Below the pieces are notes generated by a model. The model was not told the origin of the DNA. It did not search any database and saw nothing but the letters and a program-made list of their open reading frames with translations. A DNA stretch of 57,773 bases, the filler included, from Catajapyx aquilonaris (lineage: Eukaryota): NCBI GenBank assembly GCA_000934665.2. It is 4 parts of 4 records of this genome, joined end to end, with 100 filler letters (N's around TTAATTAATTAA, not from the genome) between each part and the next. Parts side by side here need not be neighbours in the genome. Positions count along the whole stretch, not along the records: positions 14,473 to 28,843 come from JYFJ02007802.1; positions 28,944 to 43,310 come from JYFJ02007803.1; 2 more parts are not named here. One strand, written 5' to 3'. The first letter of the stretch is position 1. Each line of letters begins with the position of its first letter. Made by a program: the position numbers and the translations under genes. Positions 26,365 to 38,277 of the stretch are shown one piece after another.

Positions 26365-27378
26365 AAATACCGTACTATATCACTCAAGTAGATGGAGACT
26401 ATTTTGCAATGAAACCAAATGCAAATATTGTCTTTAGCTTTTTGAGTGATACAGTAGCCTACAGTACATCAGATGTTGATTATTATTGCTACTATAGTAT
26501 AAAACAAAATATTGGTAGGAATGCATGATTTATGAATCTTAATAATATAATCCCCCTCCCAGTCTTCTTTCAAAGCCAACGTACAGCCTGGGTAGGTACT
26601 TATTCGGAATTTATTGGACCGACCAGGCCATTGAGCTGCTTCGGTGTTTATATAGACCCCTGTGTTTGACTCGAAACAACTCCCAGGCAAAGTATTCAAA
26701 AAATAACGTTTTATATAATATATCGTTCTAAAGCTTGTTTAGGCTAAATCCAAGTTACATAAATATGCGAGTTGTTTTCCTATCGTCAGTCTCTAATGGT
26801 TGAAATACTTAACGACATTTGATGATGCTGTTTATTTTCCAATGTCCCTTAGGTCCATTTGTGTCCTTTTGAGATTTGAGTTTTTGTTGTCACAAAGTAT
26901 ATAGCCTACTGATGAACTTATATGCAAGATTATATAATATTATGGCTTTGGAAAAACCCTCCGATTTCCGTGCTTGGACATAAGTGGACATTTGGTGTAT
27001 TCTGACCTCAGGAGGAGGTGGGGAGTACCATAAGCTACCAATCGATGTCCTCAGTTCATTTTTCTTGAAAATGGACTTAGGGGACCTTGGAATCCACCTC
27101 TAGCGTTCTTATACAGGCACCTTTAGTCACACTTAGAATATTATTACATTTAGTATTTACTTGAACGACATTTACATATTTCTTATCAGTGCAGTACTTT
27201 TTGCAACGAATCCCTGCTTACTACCTGAACTTAAGAGCTGAAGCCGATCACAGATCTGGTGGAAGGAACTTCGTTCAGATCTATAAAATTGGAATTAGCA
27301 GGTGTGAACTCTTTGCGAGCATACAGCCTCTCTAAAATGGCTTCTTTGGTGCCCAACTGGTAGAGCCCAGGTGTTTAA

Positions 27379-27848
27379 CCCTTAACTACGTAGGTGGGCG
27401 AAACACCTTTAACTACGTAGGTGGAGCCTGAGAGGCTCCAACGGTATATTTAAATTTATGCTTATCAACTAAATTGTTATATTGGACTTTTCACATACAG
27501 AAAGTGCAGTTCAGATTATTAGGCTTCCTAAAACGTAAAAATCACACGCTGAGTCAGCATATTCTGACAGGAAAAAATTTTTAATTAAAAGGTTACATCA
27601 ACAACTTTGAGCCGCTCTGGCTTCACCTGCATAGGGATAGCCTGAGTGGTTAGAGAGACCTGTTCCTCATTACGATTTTTTTAAAACCAAAGAATAGGGA
27701 CTAAAAAAATTTTTCTTTCCTTTTCATGCTTAGGAAGGTTTTTCTGACAAAGTCACGGAAGGAGAGTGGAAAATAAAATTCAATGAAAAAGTTACATGCG
27801 TTTAAATAGTGCTTGGAGCCTCTCAGGCTCCACCTACGTAGTTAAGGG
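27379..27848. mobile_element. piggyBac-like MITE
   Basis: TTAA TSD; TIR CCCTTAACTACGTAGGTGG; the left TIR is present twice in tandem. Confidence 0.85.
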
Positions 27849-28750
27849 TTAACGTAACCTAAAACAACCCCTGACATATTCCTATAAGAGCCAAAAACAT
27901 TCTCGATCGACTTAAACAGGTACTCTATTTCAGAGTTTTCATGCTGACGCTGAACGACTCGAAGCTGGTGCCATCCTGCTGATTTCAATTTTATAGATCT
28001 GAACGAAATTCCTGCCACAACTTCTGTATCTCTTCGATCGGGTTCAGCTTTAAGTTCAGGTAGTAAGCAGGGATTCATATGTTGCAGTTGCAAAAAGTAC
28101 TGCACTGATAAGAAATGTAAATGTCGATCAAGCAATATTAAGTTCAATTATAAGTGTCATTAGAACAGTGCCTGCAAGAACAAAATAATAGATTAATAAT
28201 AATTGAAGGATAACAGTGCTTGGAAGAAGATGTACTAGTAATAATGGTAATAAATATTTGGAGGTAATAGTTCATGGAAAATAAACAGCAGCAACAAATG
28301 TTAACTATTTCAACCATTTGCCAAGCAACAATAGGGTGATTTATTTCCAGCATCTCCATGTCATAGTGGGAAACAGGAAACTGCCACGAAGAGTTATGGG
28401 CGTCTTCTAAACCAGCCATCCCGACACGAAATTGGCGTCCTGACGTTCAAGTTTAGCCCAGGAAAGCGCTCTGGCATTTTAAAAATAGCATTTCGGGGTC
28501 TGGCTGTTTCATTAAAACGTCCATTCTGCAGAATGGATGGTTTGAAAATGAGCATTCTGCAGTAGGCTATATGGACGTTTTTTCGCTCAATGGCCGTTTT
28601 CGGGGTTTGAGCGTAATGGCTAGCCAGAAATGTGCATGATAAAATTACACCGTGCTCTATTACGCCAAGATTACGCTAAATTGTTTTAAAGTATTTAAAA
28701 GTATCGCCGTCTATTCCCGCCAGAAAGCGGGCTGGGTACTTGCCTATTAA

Positions 28751-28843
28751 CCCTTTGATGGCGACGGACATCATATGATGTCCGAGCTTACATTGCTGGA
28801 GGGCCTACGGACATCATATGATGTCCTGAGATTTGCCCTGCCA
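28751..28843. mobile_element. piggyBac-like left end, cut by the gap
   Basis: TTAA-CCCTTTGATG, the same terminus as 56031; internal palindrome GGACATCATATGATGTCC occurs twice. Confidence 0.55.
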
Positions 28844-28943
28844 NNNNNNNNNNNNNNNNNNNNNNNNNNNNNNNNNNNNNNNNNNNNTTAATTAATTAAN
28901 NNNNNNNNNNNNNNNNNNNNNNNNNNNNNNNNNNNNNNNNNNN

Positions 28944-29401
28944 AATTTATTACGCCGGAACTAATGGAGGGCCCACTCCGGAAAAATCGGCGAAAAATGA
29001 AGAATCCAGTACGTATTACGGGACATATTTTTTAAAAGCCAAAGGAGGCGTCGCGATAGCGAATATTTCGTTTTTAAACTTTGAACTCTACATAACATGC
29101 CGTCATTTCGATTCAAAAAATTTGAAAATTCAATGATCGAAATCCTTTCATCTTGCCCAACACGTACATACATCACATGTAACGGTGGGCTACGCAGTTA
29201 ACGAGATATAGGGTCATTTGTCGACGTGTTTGCAAATTTTACGGGTTTTTGCCCATTTAATTACGTGCGACCTAATGAACGTATTTGTGTAAAAAAATTT
29301 GATATGTGCTCTATTCCTGCTGGAGAATTATCGTACCAAATTTCATTAACATTAAAAAATAGAGGGTGAAGTCCTTTGCATGATCTCTCATGGAATTGCC
29401 C
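28944..29401. mobile_element. DNA transposon fragment abutting the truncated IR paralog
   Basis: Ends ..CATGGAATTGCCC, similar to the termini at about 48839 and 51299 (GGGTCATTCCATG); IR homology starts immediately after. Confidence 0.45.
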
Positions 29402-30049
29402 CAAGAGAGTTTGTCCCAAGAAACATTCGAGAACTTGTGGATTCCGCATGGGCCATTGAAACTGACATGATCAACTTCTTGCTTCTTCAGAAATATCTCG
29501 GTTATGTTGATGATCCTTTGATGGTGAGCCTTAAAACAAAGCTGATCATGGGAGAAGTCAGAAGGTATGCAAAGCTGCCTCGGGAGGATGCAAGAAGAGC
29601 AGTTGGCTTGCATTGGATTCAATTTATTCCTAGAGCAAGATATATCCTTATTCCGAGACACGTCTGGGCAGCCGACATTCCAGTTCTCTGAAGAACACCT
29701 GTATCACACCCAATGGTCCAGCGGAGTACCCCGTGGTGAGATTTATTACTTCGCGCTCATGCTAGCCCGATTGGCAAATGAAAATGACTTTGTCGGGACA
29801 ATCATGGGTGAAGCCATGTACATGAAGTTCCTCCGCTCCCTGAAGCAGATCATGGCCAGGGAGAGGGACAACCCCCAGAAGGCAGAGGAGGTGCTGACCA
29901 TGACCAAGCTGAAGGCCATCTTCAGGATGTGGCTGTCTGGACTAGCAGTCGCAGTCGCTGGTTTCCTTTTTGAACTCTTATGGAGGAAGAGGAAGGAGCA
30001 AAGGCGTTGTCCAGAGAATCCCGGCTGCGTTAATGGAGTTGCTGAATAA
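29401..30049 (+). pseudogene. Ionotropic receptor paralog, 3' fragment, frameshifted
   Basis: Near-identical to 34172-34850 (PREFVPRNIRELVDS..IFRMWLSGLAVAVAGFLFEL); frameshift near 29555; 5' part absent. Confidence 0.85.
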
Positions 30050-30074
30050 AACTTGGAACAATAATGCAGGAAGG

Positions 30075-30535
30075 TAAGTTATTAAACAAATGCACACAGT
30101 TTCGGCGTAGCGCTACAAGCTCAAAGGTTATGACTCTCGAGTCTCGATATCAGCCCGGACTGTTCGATGGTTCAATTCATCTCAAGTGGTTTATGATTCT
30201 GGCTTACGACAAATTAGGGAACCTCATTTTCTCCAACTGTAGGCTTTAAAAACTGGATTTGATGCCAGACCGGCACGTAATTTGAGAAAAAATAATTAGA
30301 AAATGATTTCCGAAATATTTCAGAAGCGATTATCTCAATAATGGCTGCGTTCGAGAAGTTCTTGTATAGTACTTTGTAATCAGAGAGTTATATTCCTTTC
30401 CAGCGATACAATAAAATGTCTGTTTTTTTTAGTGCGATGTCTGAAACTTCGCTCGTCCGTGCTGACCTCGAGAGGTCATAACTTTTGACCTTGCAGGCAT
30501 TTGCCGAAACGGTTTGCATTTTGCTTAGTAAGTTC
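30075..30535. mobile_element. MITE-like element with about 60-bp imperfect TIRs; duplicated with the IR 3' flank
   Basis: AAATGCA.ACAGTTTCGGC..CAAG.TCAAAGGTTATGAC.CTCGAG mirrored at 30467-30535; truncated second copy at 34880-35150. Confidence 0.5.
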
Positions 30536-32763
30536 AATGCCTTGGTCAAAACCACGGTCACGTCAAAACCATGTCAGAACCCTTCTCCTGCAAGTGGCCG
30601 AGATTTGTGGGATTGAAGGTGGTGTCAGCGCTGGAGGGGTGTTCAGGAGGGATTTATAAGACGATGGGGTCCAGCCAGACAGTTGAAGAAGTGGCTGATT
30701 TAGAAGAGCTGCGTTTATTTTTACTTGAATTACGAAGAGAGGTGGCTTATGCCGATACTTCCATGCAATGGTCAAGAAACGGAAATACAAAGTGATGGGC
30801 AGACCCAGGGAGGTGAACGAGGCTGGGGAGTGAGAGAGCAATGTTTGTATTATATTGGGTAGTATTATCTTGTAGTGAAAGAGTAATGATGTTTGTATTA
30901 TATTGTGCCATTTCTATCGTGTATATATTCTTCTTCTAGACATTAAATCATTATCTTAATGTATTTTTGGGGTATAATATTAAGTGATTTTTCGTGTAAT
31001 AATGAGTGTATAAATGCGGAATGAAATGTGAAGGTATAATAATGAATACCTCGTGATAAGCCTCCTATGCAACAAAAATCAACTTTTTTCTGTCCATGAA
31101 AATTCATGGCCATTTTCGTGTTCTTTAGGTAACTCGTAACTCATAATGACCATTTATTTTGTTTTTTGTCTTGGATTTGTCTTTGATCTCACGGGGAAGG
31201 CTAAAAACCACAACCCGCAAATGTAGCGGTTTTATTCCCAATCAAGTGGGCCTAAATGTTGCTAGACCGTCTCGGATTTCGACGAAAAAATCGCAGATGT
31301 ACACATCTATGCCATGAAGCTACATAATTATCGAGTTTCAACCAACTTGTGAAATACCGCGCGAGAAGGGACCAAATTGAGGAATTTAGGATATTGGTAC
31401 TTTTTTGTATAGTTTTTTTCGGTTATTGGAAGTGGTCAAAACCCAATCAACATATACACGCTCATCAAATGAAGGAGAAACGCGAGTAGATTGCATATAT
31501 GGAATTGGTTTTTCTGGAAAATGCACTCAGAAAAACATGTATGCCATTCCATCTGTCACATGTTCAGTCACATGTCCAAATATTTAGACCCCAACAATGC
31601 ATAATAGTGATGTATTTGCGTAAAAGAAGCCACATTGGGTGACAGGTGTTATGTTGTGACTCTTACAATATTTAATGTTGAGTTTCAATCCTGGGTCATG
31701 CATGGCTCTCGAGAAAATATTACATATATTTTCGCAGAATTACTGTTGTACGAAAGACGGGCGCTTTCAGCAGCGCTGGAGATATTATACCCTGAAACCA
31801 CTTATATCGAGCACTAGTCAACAATATTTCGCGTGAGATTGTGAGAAAGTGCTCCAAAGTGCATCCTGAATAATTCAGGGGCAGTAAGCAATTTCCACAG
31901 TACCTACCAATGTGTATGCGCAGCTCATGTTCCGAAAAGAACCAGAAGTTTTCATTTCCCGCATATTTTCAACTGGCTGCTAAAATGAATTATGCAGCTA
32001 TGCTCATATAATTGAAACCAGACTGAAAATGGCACAGTGGAATAATTAGCATCGCAGTGATAACCCTCCTTGAAACTGACACTGCCGGTAATTGTTTAAA
32101 ATAAGTAGCTTATTCCAAATTTTCAACACCTTTCGTATAAGGTACAGATCAAATCTCGTTTTAGCGAATACCTATAGGCCTATTTTAAAAAAATACAACG
32201 AAATTTCAATAGAACGCAAAGAAATTTAAAAAATTTGTTGGCTATCTGTATGATCACAATGTATTTGTAATCCCAGTATTACGAAATGCGCTACTACAAA
32301 ATTTTCAGTACAATGAATACGAACGGTGGTTCCCCGGCTATAGTATTGAACTCGATGTAATGTAATATGCACTAGTGCAATGTTCCGCCACACGTGCTCC
32401 GGCATTGTCTAACGTCAAGCTCGTGTGTCGTAAGCGTGAAGCAAGCCATGATCGACATGATCGCTGAAGCGTGGTCGTGCGTATATGTAAGACATCTCGA
32501 AAGGTAGGCCTACTGTACGTATTATTGTGGACTAGAATAAACTATTTTCTGTATGACCATGGGAAATACTGTCCATTATTAATAAAGGCACTCCGAGAAA
32601 CTCGCATATTCACTTTACTCGGCCAACAACTATGCACACTGTCATAGTCGACTACGACTAATTATATATTAGGCTACAGAAAGTGGGTTCCATTGGGGCG
32701 TCGATAGACTGCAATAACTTCAGAAGAGTCGAAGTGATGGCTCACAGTCTGGATGTGAGGAAC

Positions 32764-34818
32764 ATGTCGGGGGTACAATTATTATATATTTATCTTCTGC
32801 TTTTCCGTAATCGCAGTCGAATCAGATGCTCACGTCAATGTCTCAGTTTATGGGTCCAAGAACTCGACTACTGAGGAGGAGGCCAGTTGGATGGTGCCCC
32901 GCTTGGTGGTGGACACCCTGGCCAGAGAGGACATGCGGCAGTGCGCCCTGGTCCTGTCCACCGACTCCCAACTGGTGGGGATGAGGGAAGTGTGGCGTCT
33001 CCTGAGGGGACAGTCGGACAAGTACATCCCGTCCTTCTCCCTAAGGATGACCTCCTTCCCCCACTCCCACGGGGACTACCCCTGGTTCAAAGGTCAAGCT
33101 GACCTCCTCGACTTCACCACCGCCCCTCCTGACCTCCTGGCGACCTCCCCCTGGCCATCCTCCCCCTGCACCCTGCACCTCCTCCTCCCCTCCTCCCCGT
33201 CCACCCACCCTCCCCTCCTCATCTACGCCGCCTCAAAGGTCAAGGTCACTCCTTTCAACCACCGCTTCTTCATTCACTTCCTGGCAGCCCATCGGGATCA
33301 AGTGCGCCGGGTCATCACCTCCCCACCTGCCAGTGCCCTCAGGCTGAAGGTGTCCTCCAGGGTGGACGACGGAGGAAAGGTCAGGCTGGAGACGGTCTGC
33401 TTCTTCTGCGGACGGGGAGGTCAGTCTGAGGTCATCGACCTGGGACACGTCCTCAGGACACGCAGAGTGGAGTACTTGTTCAGAAACTACGACAAGTACA
33501 AGATGAACAAGAGGAAGACAGTGATTGGGACGTATAAATACACTCCAGACGTGGAAGATGTCCGAAGAAGGCGAGATCAGGACGGAGAGATCTCCCTTGA
33601 GTGGTACGAGCGTGCCTATCTGGTGTCGGAAGAGGCGATGAATTACACAACGGAGCTTTACTTGAACGAGCCCAAAAGCGCAGACTTTGACCATCTTCTG
33701 GCAAATGGAAAGTGGGTGGGCTTAGTTGGGGATGTGGTGTCACGAAGAGTGGATGTGGCAGGTGTCATGGTACTGACCGAAGATACCAATAAATACGTCC
33801 TCCATGTTCCGCCCTACATCTTCGCATACATCACTTTCACTACCAGAAGACCCGGAGGTGTGGTCAGCTGGAAGGTCATCTACAGGCCTTACCACTATGC
33901 CTTCTGGATATCCTTGGGGTTAACGCTCCTTCTCTTCCCGATTGCGATGAACAGACTCTCCCTCCTCAACACATCTGGAGGGATGTCAAAGGTCGCTGAC
34001 ACACTGACCCTCCTGGGATCCCTCCACGTGGTGGCCAGACATCTTCTGGAGCAGCCCGTTCCCTTCCCCAAGTCCCGCCGCTTCCTCTTCCTGGCCTCCT
34101 CGTTCCTCTTCTTCTCCACCGTGGTCATCACGGGCTACAAGGCCAAGGTGGTCTCCTTCCTCACCTTCCCACCGAGAGAGTTTGTCCCAAGAAACATTCG
34201 GGAACTTGTGGATTCCGGATGGGCAATTGAAACTGACATGCTCAACTTCTTGCTTCTTCAGAAATATCTCGGTTATGTTGATGATCCTTTGATGGTGAGC
34301 CTTAAAACAAAGCTGACCATGGGGGACAGTTTGCAAGCTTGCCTTGGGAGGATGCAAGAAGAGCAGGTGGCTTGCATTGGATTCAATTTATTCCTTGACC
34401 AAGAGATATTCTTATTCCGAGACACGTCTGGGCAGCCGACATTCCAGTTTTCTGAAGTACACCTGTATCCCACCCAAATGTCCAGCGGGACAGCCCGTGG
34501 TGAGACCATGATTTATTACTTCGCGCTCATGCTAGCACGATTCTCAAATGAAATTGACTTTGTCGGGACAGTCATGGGTGATGCCATGTACGTGAAGTTC
34601 CTCCGTCCCTGAAGCAGATCATGGCCAGGGAGAGGGACAACCCCCAGAAGGCAGAGGAGGTGCTGACCATGACCAAGCTGAAGGCCATCTTCAGGATGTG
34701 GCTGTCTGGACTAGCAGTCGCTTTCGCTGGTTTCCTTTTTGAACTCTTAAGGAGGAAGGAGGATAATATGAAGCAAAGGTGTTGTCCAGAGAAACCCGGC
34801 AGGGTTATCATAAACTGA
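32764..34818 (+). pseudogene. Divergent single-exon ionotropic receptor (iGluR-related chemoreceptor), frameshifted
   Basis: 573-aa ORF 32891..34612 has S1 motif NGKWVGLVGDVVSRRVDVA, pre-M1 IYRPY..FW, pore LLEQP and M2 ..VVITGYKAKVVSFLTFP. The last TM (LTMTKLKAIFRMWLSGLAVAFAGFLFE) is in another frame because one C is missing at about 34606 relative to the paralog. Signal-peptide-like YYIFIFCFSVIAVES is in frame upstream, but the nearest ATG (32764) is out of frame. Confidence 0.85.
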
Positions 34819-35153
34819 CAAGGGAACAGTAAGTCAATGGAGTTGCTGAATGAAACTTGGAACAATAATATAGGAAGGCAAGTTATTAAACAAAATGCAA
34901 ACAGTTTTGGCGTAGCGCTACAAGGTCAAAATTTATGACTCTATAGAGTCTCGATGTCAGCCCGGACATGTACGATGCTTCAATTCATCTCAGCTGGTTT
35001 ATGATTCTGGCTTACGACAAATTAGGGAACCTCATATTCTCCAGCTGTAGGCTATAAAAACTGGAGTTGCTGCCAGTCTGGCACGTAATTTTAGAGAAAA
35101 TAATTTTCTAATTACTTCTTCCGAAATATATCAGAAGCGATTATCTCAAATAT

Positions 35154-35270
35154 GGGATCCGGACTTCTGGCCCCCGCCGTTTGGACCCCGGTCTTCTGCC
35201 CCCCGGCATATTGGCCCCCGTGACCATTTCGCCCCCCGGCGTATTCGACAATTCGCCTCCGTGACATATT
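35154..35270. mobile_element. Possible Mutator-like terminal repeat, one end only
   Basis: GGGATCCGGAC followed by about six spaced GCCCCC(C)G motifs; it truncates the duplicated IR flank. Confidence 0.35.
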
Positions 35271-36780
35271 CCACTTTGAAGCAATCTGGGCATTTCTAGC
35301 ATTCTAGCATCTAGCATCTACTGGGCATTTCTAGAAAAGGGACCTGGCCTTGTGTGTAGCCTGGCAACGGCGGTGGTGGACGCTGATTAGCTCGCTGAAT
35401 GTTATTGTGGAAGGGACGGAGTTGTCCTTTGTCTTGGTGATGCTGTATGGCTTTTTATTACCGCAACAGTACTGTCTATTCTTGTGGCCCTGCCAGGCAC
35501 AGTACGTCGCCCGTGCGTGATATTTTTAGTTTTTCCGGAGCGAAAGCGGAGCTGGGCACTTATTGTGGGTTTCTGTATCCGCAACATTTACTGTCCGTCT
35601 TGTGGCGCCTCATGCCAACTGACGTTATTGTGGCTTTGCCCACCACGACATACTGAGGGATGGAGTTGCCCTTTGTCTTGGTGATGCTTATTGTGGGTTT
35701 TGTCCTTGAGTATTCCAATAAGGCTAAGCAACAGAGACAATGGAGGAGACTGCATATTGACTTATTCTCAAAGGTAATTTCTTAAATCATTGTGTCTAAG
35801 CAGCCGATCAACAATAATATACACCCACACCCCAAAAAATATACACCTGCAAACAAACTCATCACACCACTCATCACACTCGCAAGATTTGCCAAGTACC
35901 CGCCTATGTCCCACCACACTTTTGTTATTGCACAATCATGTTACGTAACCTGTAACCACCAGCCACCACCACTGAACCTACAGAACACAATTTGACCTGG
36001 ATAATACCCTTCAGCCGACACACATTCTCTCGAGCAATGTTCCTGTTATTCTCATTCCTAGTTGCTTTCGTTTGATTGTTGTTTCTGTAAGAAATACAAT
36101 ACATAATAGATATTCACACCCTTTTAACTTTGCACATAACGAGGCTGTAGTACAGTAGTTGTTAAACAGTAACCCTCTAAAAGTCTAAGTGATTGTTATA
36201 TTTGTTGATTTTCTTATTACTGTAGTTGTTTTCCTTATTACTGTAGTTGTTTTCCTATTGTTGTGATGGCTGTTATATTGTGTCTGCTCTAAGAAATTTA
36301 CTAATTAAATGCTACGTAATAAATACGGCACTTAAATATACTTAATGCTTTAAAATACTGTACTAAGTAGGCTACTAAATACGTATATGCATAGAAGAAA
36401 CACACAGCATGGTGGGATTTTCGTCTTTTATGTTAGTAGTGGCTGAGCCATACAGTACAGTACCTGCTGAGCTCCTGCTAATCTTACAACTGCTAATTAA
36501 GCAGCCAGACTCCAGTATGTTTCCTGCCTTAGTTTTAGAGATATCCAGGTGCATCTCTAACTCTGATCCTTCTTAGTAACTGCTCTTAGCAGTGAGATGA
36601 AAATCGAAAATTCCATGCCACTGCTAATTGTGGGCGGAGACTCTTAGAAGTGCCTAGCAGTAGACAGCAGTATGGACGAACATTCTGCCCATAGTCTCTT
36701 AACTCTTCTTCTAAGAAAACTGTTATTATAACACATAATTATATTGTTCTTATTGTTGTTGTCAGTAGTTACACTGCTGT

Positions 36781-37238
36781 CAGGGAGCATATACTACATA
36801 AGAGGCGCAAACTTCTGTCGGCGCCTTTGATGTCCGCGTCTCTCTGATTATAGGGTGTTGCCAAGGCTGGCGGCCATCTTGAAGTGTGTGGTGCGCCAAC
36901 GAGGTATAAATAGGGTTCAGGCAGGCCGTCAAGGTCCGCGCGGGTCCGCCATCTTTGATGGTTTTGGCTGCCATGGCAATACACGGCAATAACAATTTAC
37001 TTACCCATTCCAATATCGAATTCAAATTCGCGCGTGTTATTGCCGTGTAGTTGCCATGGCCGCCAAAACCATCAAAGATGGCGGACCTCCGCGGACCATG
37101 ACGGCCTGCCTGTACCCTATTCATACCTCGTTGGCGCACCACACACTTCAAGATGGCCGCCAGCCTTGGCAACAACGCCATAAACAGAGAGACGAAAAAA
37201 TCGAATGTTTGCGCCTCTTATGTAGTATATGCTCCCTG
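36781..37238. mobile_element. P-element-like palindromic MITE
   Basis: Arms of about 200 bp starting CAGGGAGCATATACTACATAAGAGGCGCAAAC; 7-bp TSD CTGCTGT (36774-36780, 37239-37245). Confidence 0.8.
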
Positions 37239-37424
37239 CTGCTGTTCTCATTGCCGTTATTGTTCTTTTATTATTGTTACAGTTACGTAATATTGTTGTT
37301 GTTCTTATTGTTGTTACGGTTACATCTGACATGTTGTTCTTTTTGTTGTTATTGTTCTTTTTTTGTCGCTGTCCTTATTATTTATGTTATACTGTATCAT
37401 TGTTGTTCTTAATATTACGCTTAA

Positions 37425-38277
37425 GAGGGCCGGGTCATTAGTAGTCCGGGCCCTAAGCGGTTTAACGAACCTTGCACTTTGTGATAAGAAGGTGCCACTT
37501 GGCACATATGTTCCCTAGGCCTATATGAGCAATTCCAGAGTTGCAGGCAACTGATCGGCCCCTTAGGTCACGAGTTATGCGGTGTTGCCAACATGGCCGG
37601 GGATGACCTGAGCGTTTTTAACGTTGCATTTTGTGATAAGAAGGTACCGCTTGGCACATATGCTCCCTAGGTCTGTAGGAGTCGTTTGAGAGATGGCGGC
37701 ACTTGATCGGCTCCTTAGGTCAGGAGTTATGCGGTGTTTCCAACTTGGTCCTGGACCTAATTAAGCGGTTATAGCAATTTTTAACTTTGCATTTTGGGAT
37801 TTTGGCAAGCATGTTCCCCAGGCCTAGAGGATTCATTTGAGAGTTGGCGGCACTTGATCGGCCCCTTAGGTCACGAGTTATGCGGTTAAGCTTAGGTCCC
37901 GGACCATGTTGGCAACACCGCATATCTCCTCACCTAAGGAGCCGATCACGTGCCGCCATCTTTCAAATGGATCCTATAGACCTAGGGAACATGTCTGCCA
38001 AGTGGCACCTTCTTATCACAATGTGCCGAGTTAAAATGCTTAGTTCCCTGATCGGGTTGGCAACACCGCATAACTCGTGACCTAAGGGGCCGATCAGTTG
38101 CCTCCAACTCTGAAATTGCTCCTACAAGCGCCAGCTCTTTCTCCGGACGATGCAAATAACCGCATGTCCGTATCTCTAACAGTGCGCCAGGATTCGTCGA
38201 ACGAAGACGAGTCAGCGCACCCGATTTTCGCTCGCTGCCGCTCAGAAAGTGGCGGGAAACCTAATGACCCGGCCCTC
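37425..38277. mobile_element. TTAA-flanked non-autonomous element with GAG..CTC termini (Sola3- or Kolobok-like)
   Basis: TIR GAGGGCCGGGTCATTAG; TTAA on both sides; internal units of about 150 bp, three forward then inverted. Confidence 0.75.

Noticed and set aside
36769..37441. Mirror-image ORFs (MAAKTIKDGG..) on both strands
   Set aside because: A by-product of the palindromic MITE; no coding evidence.
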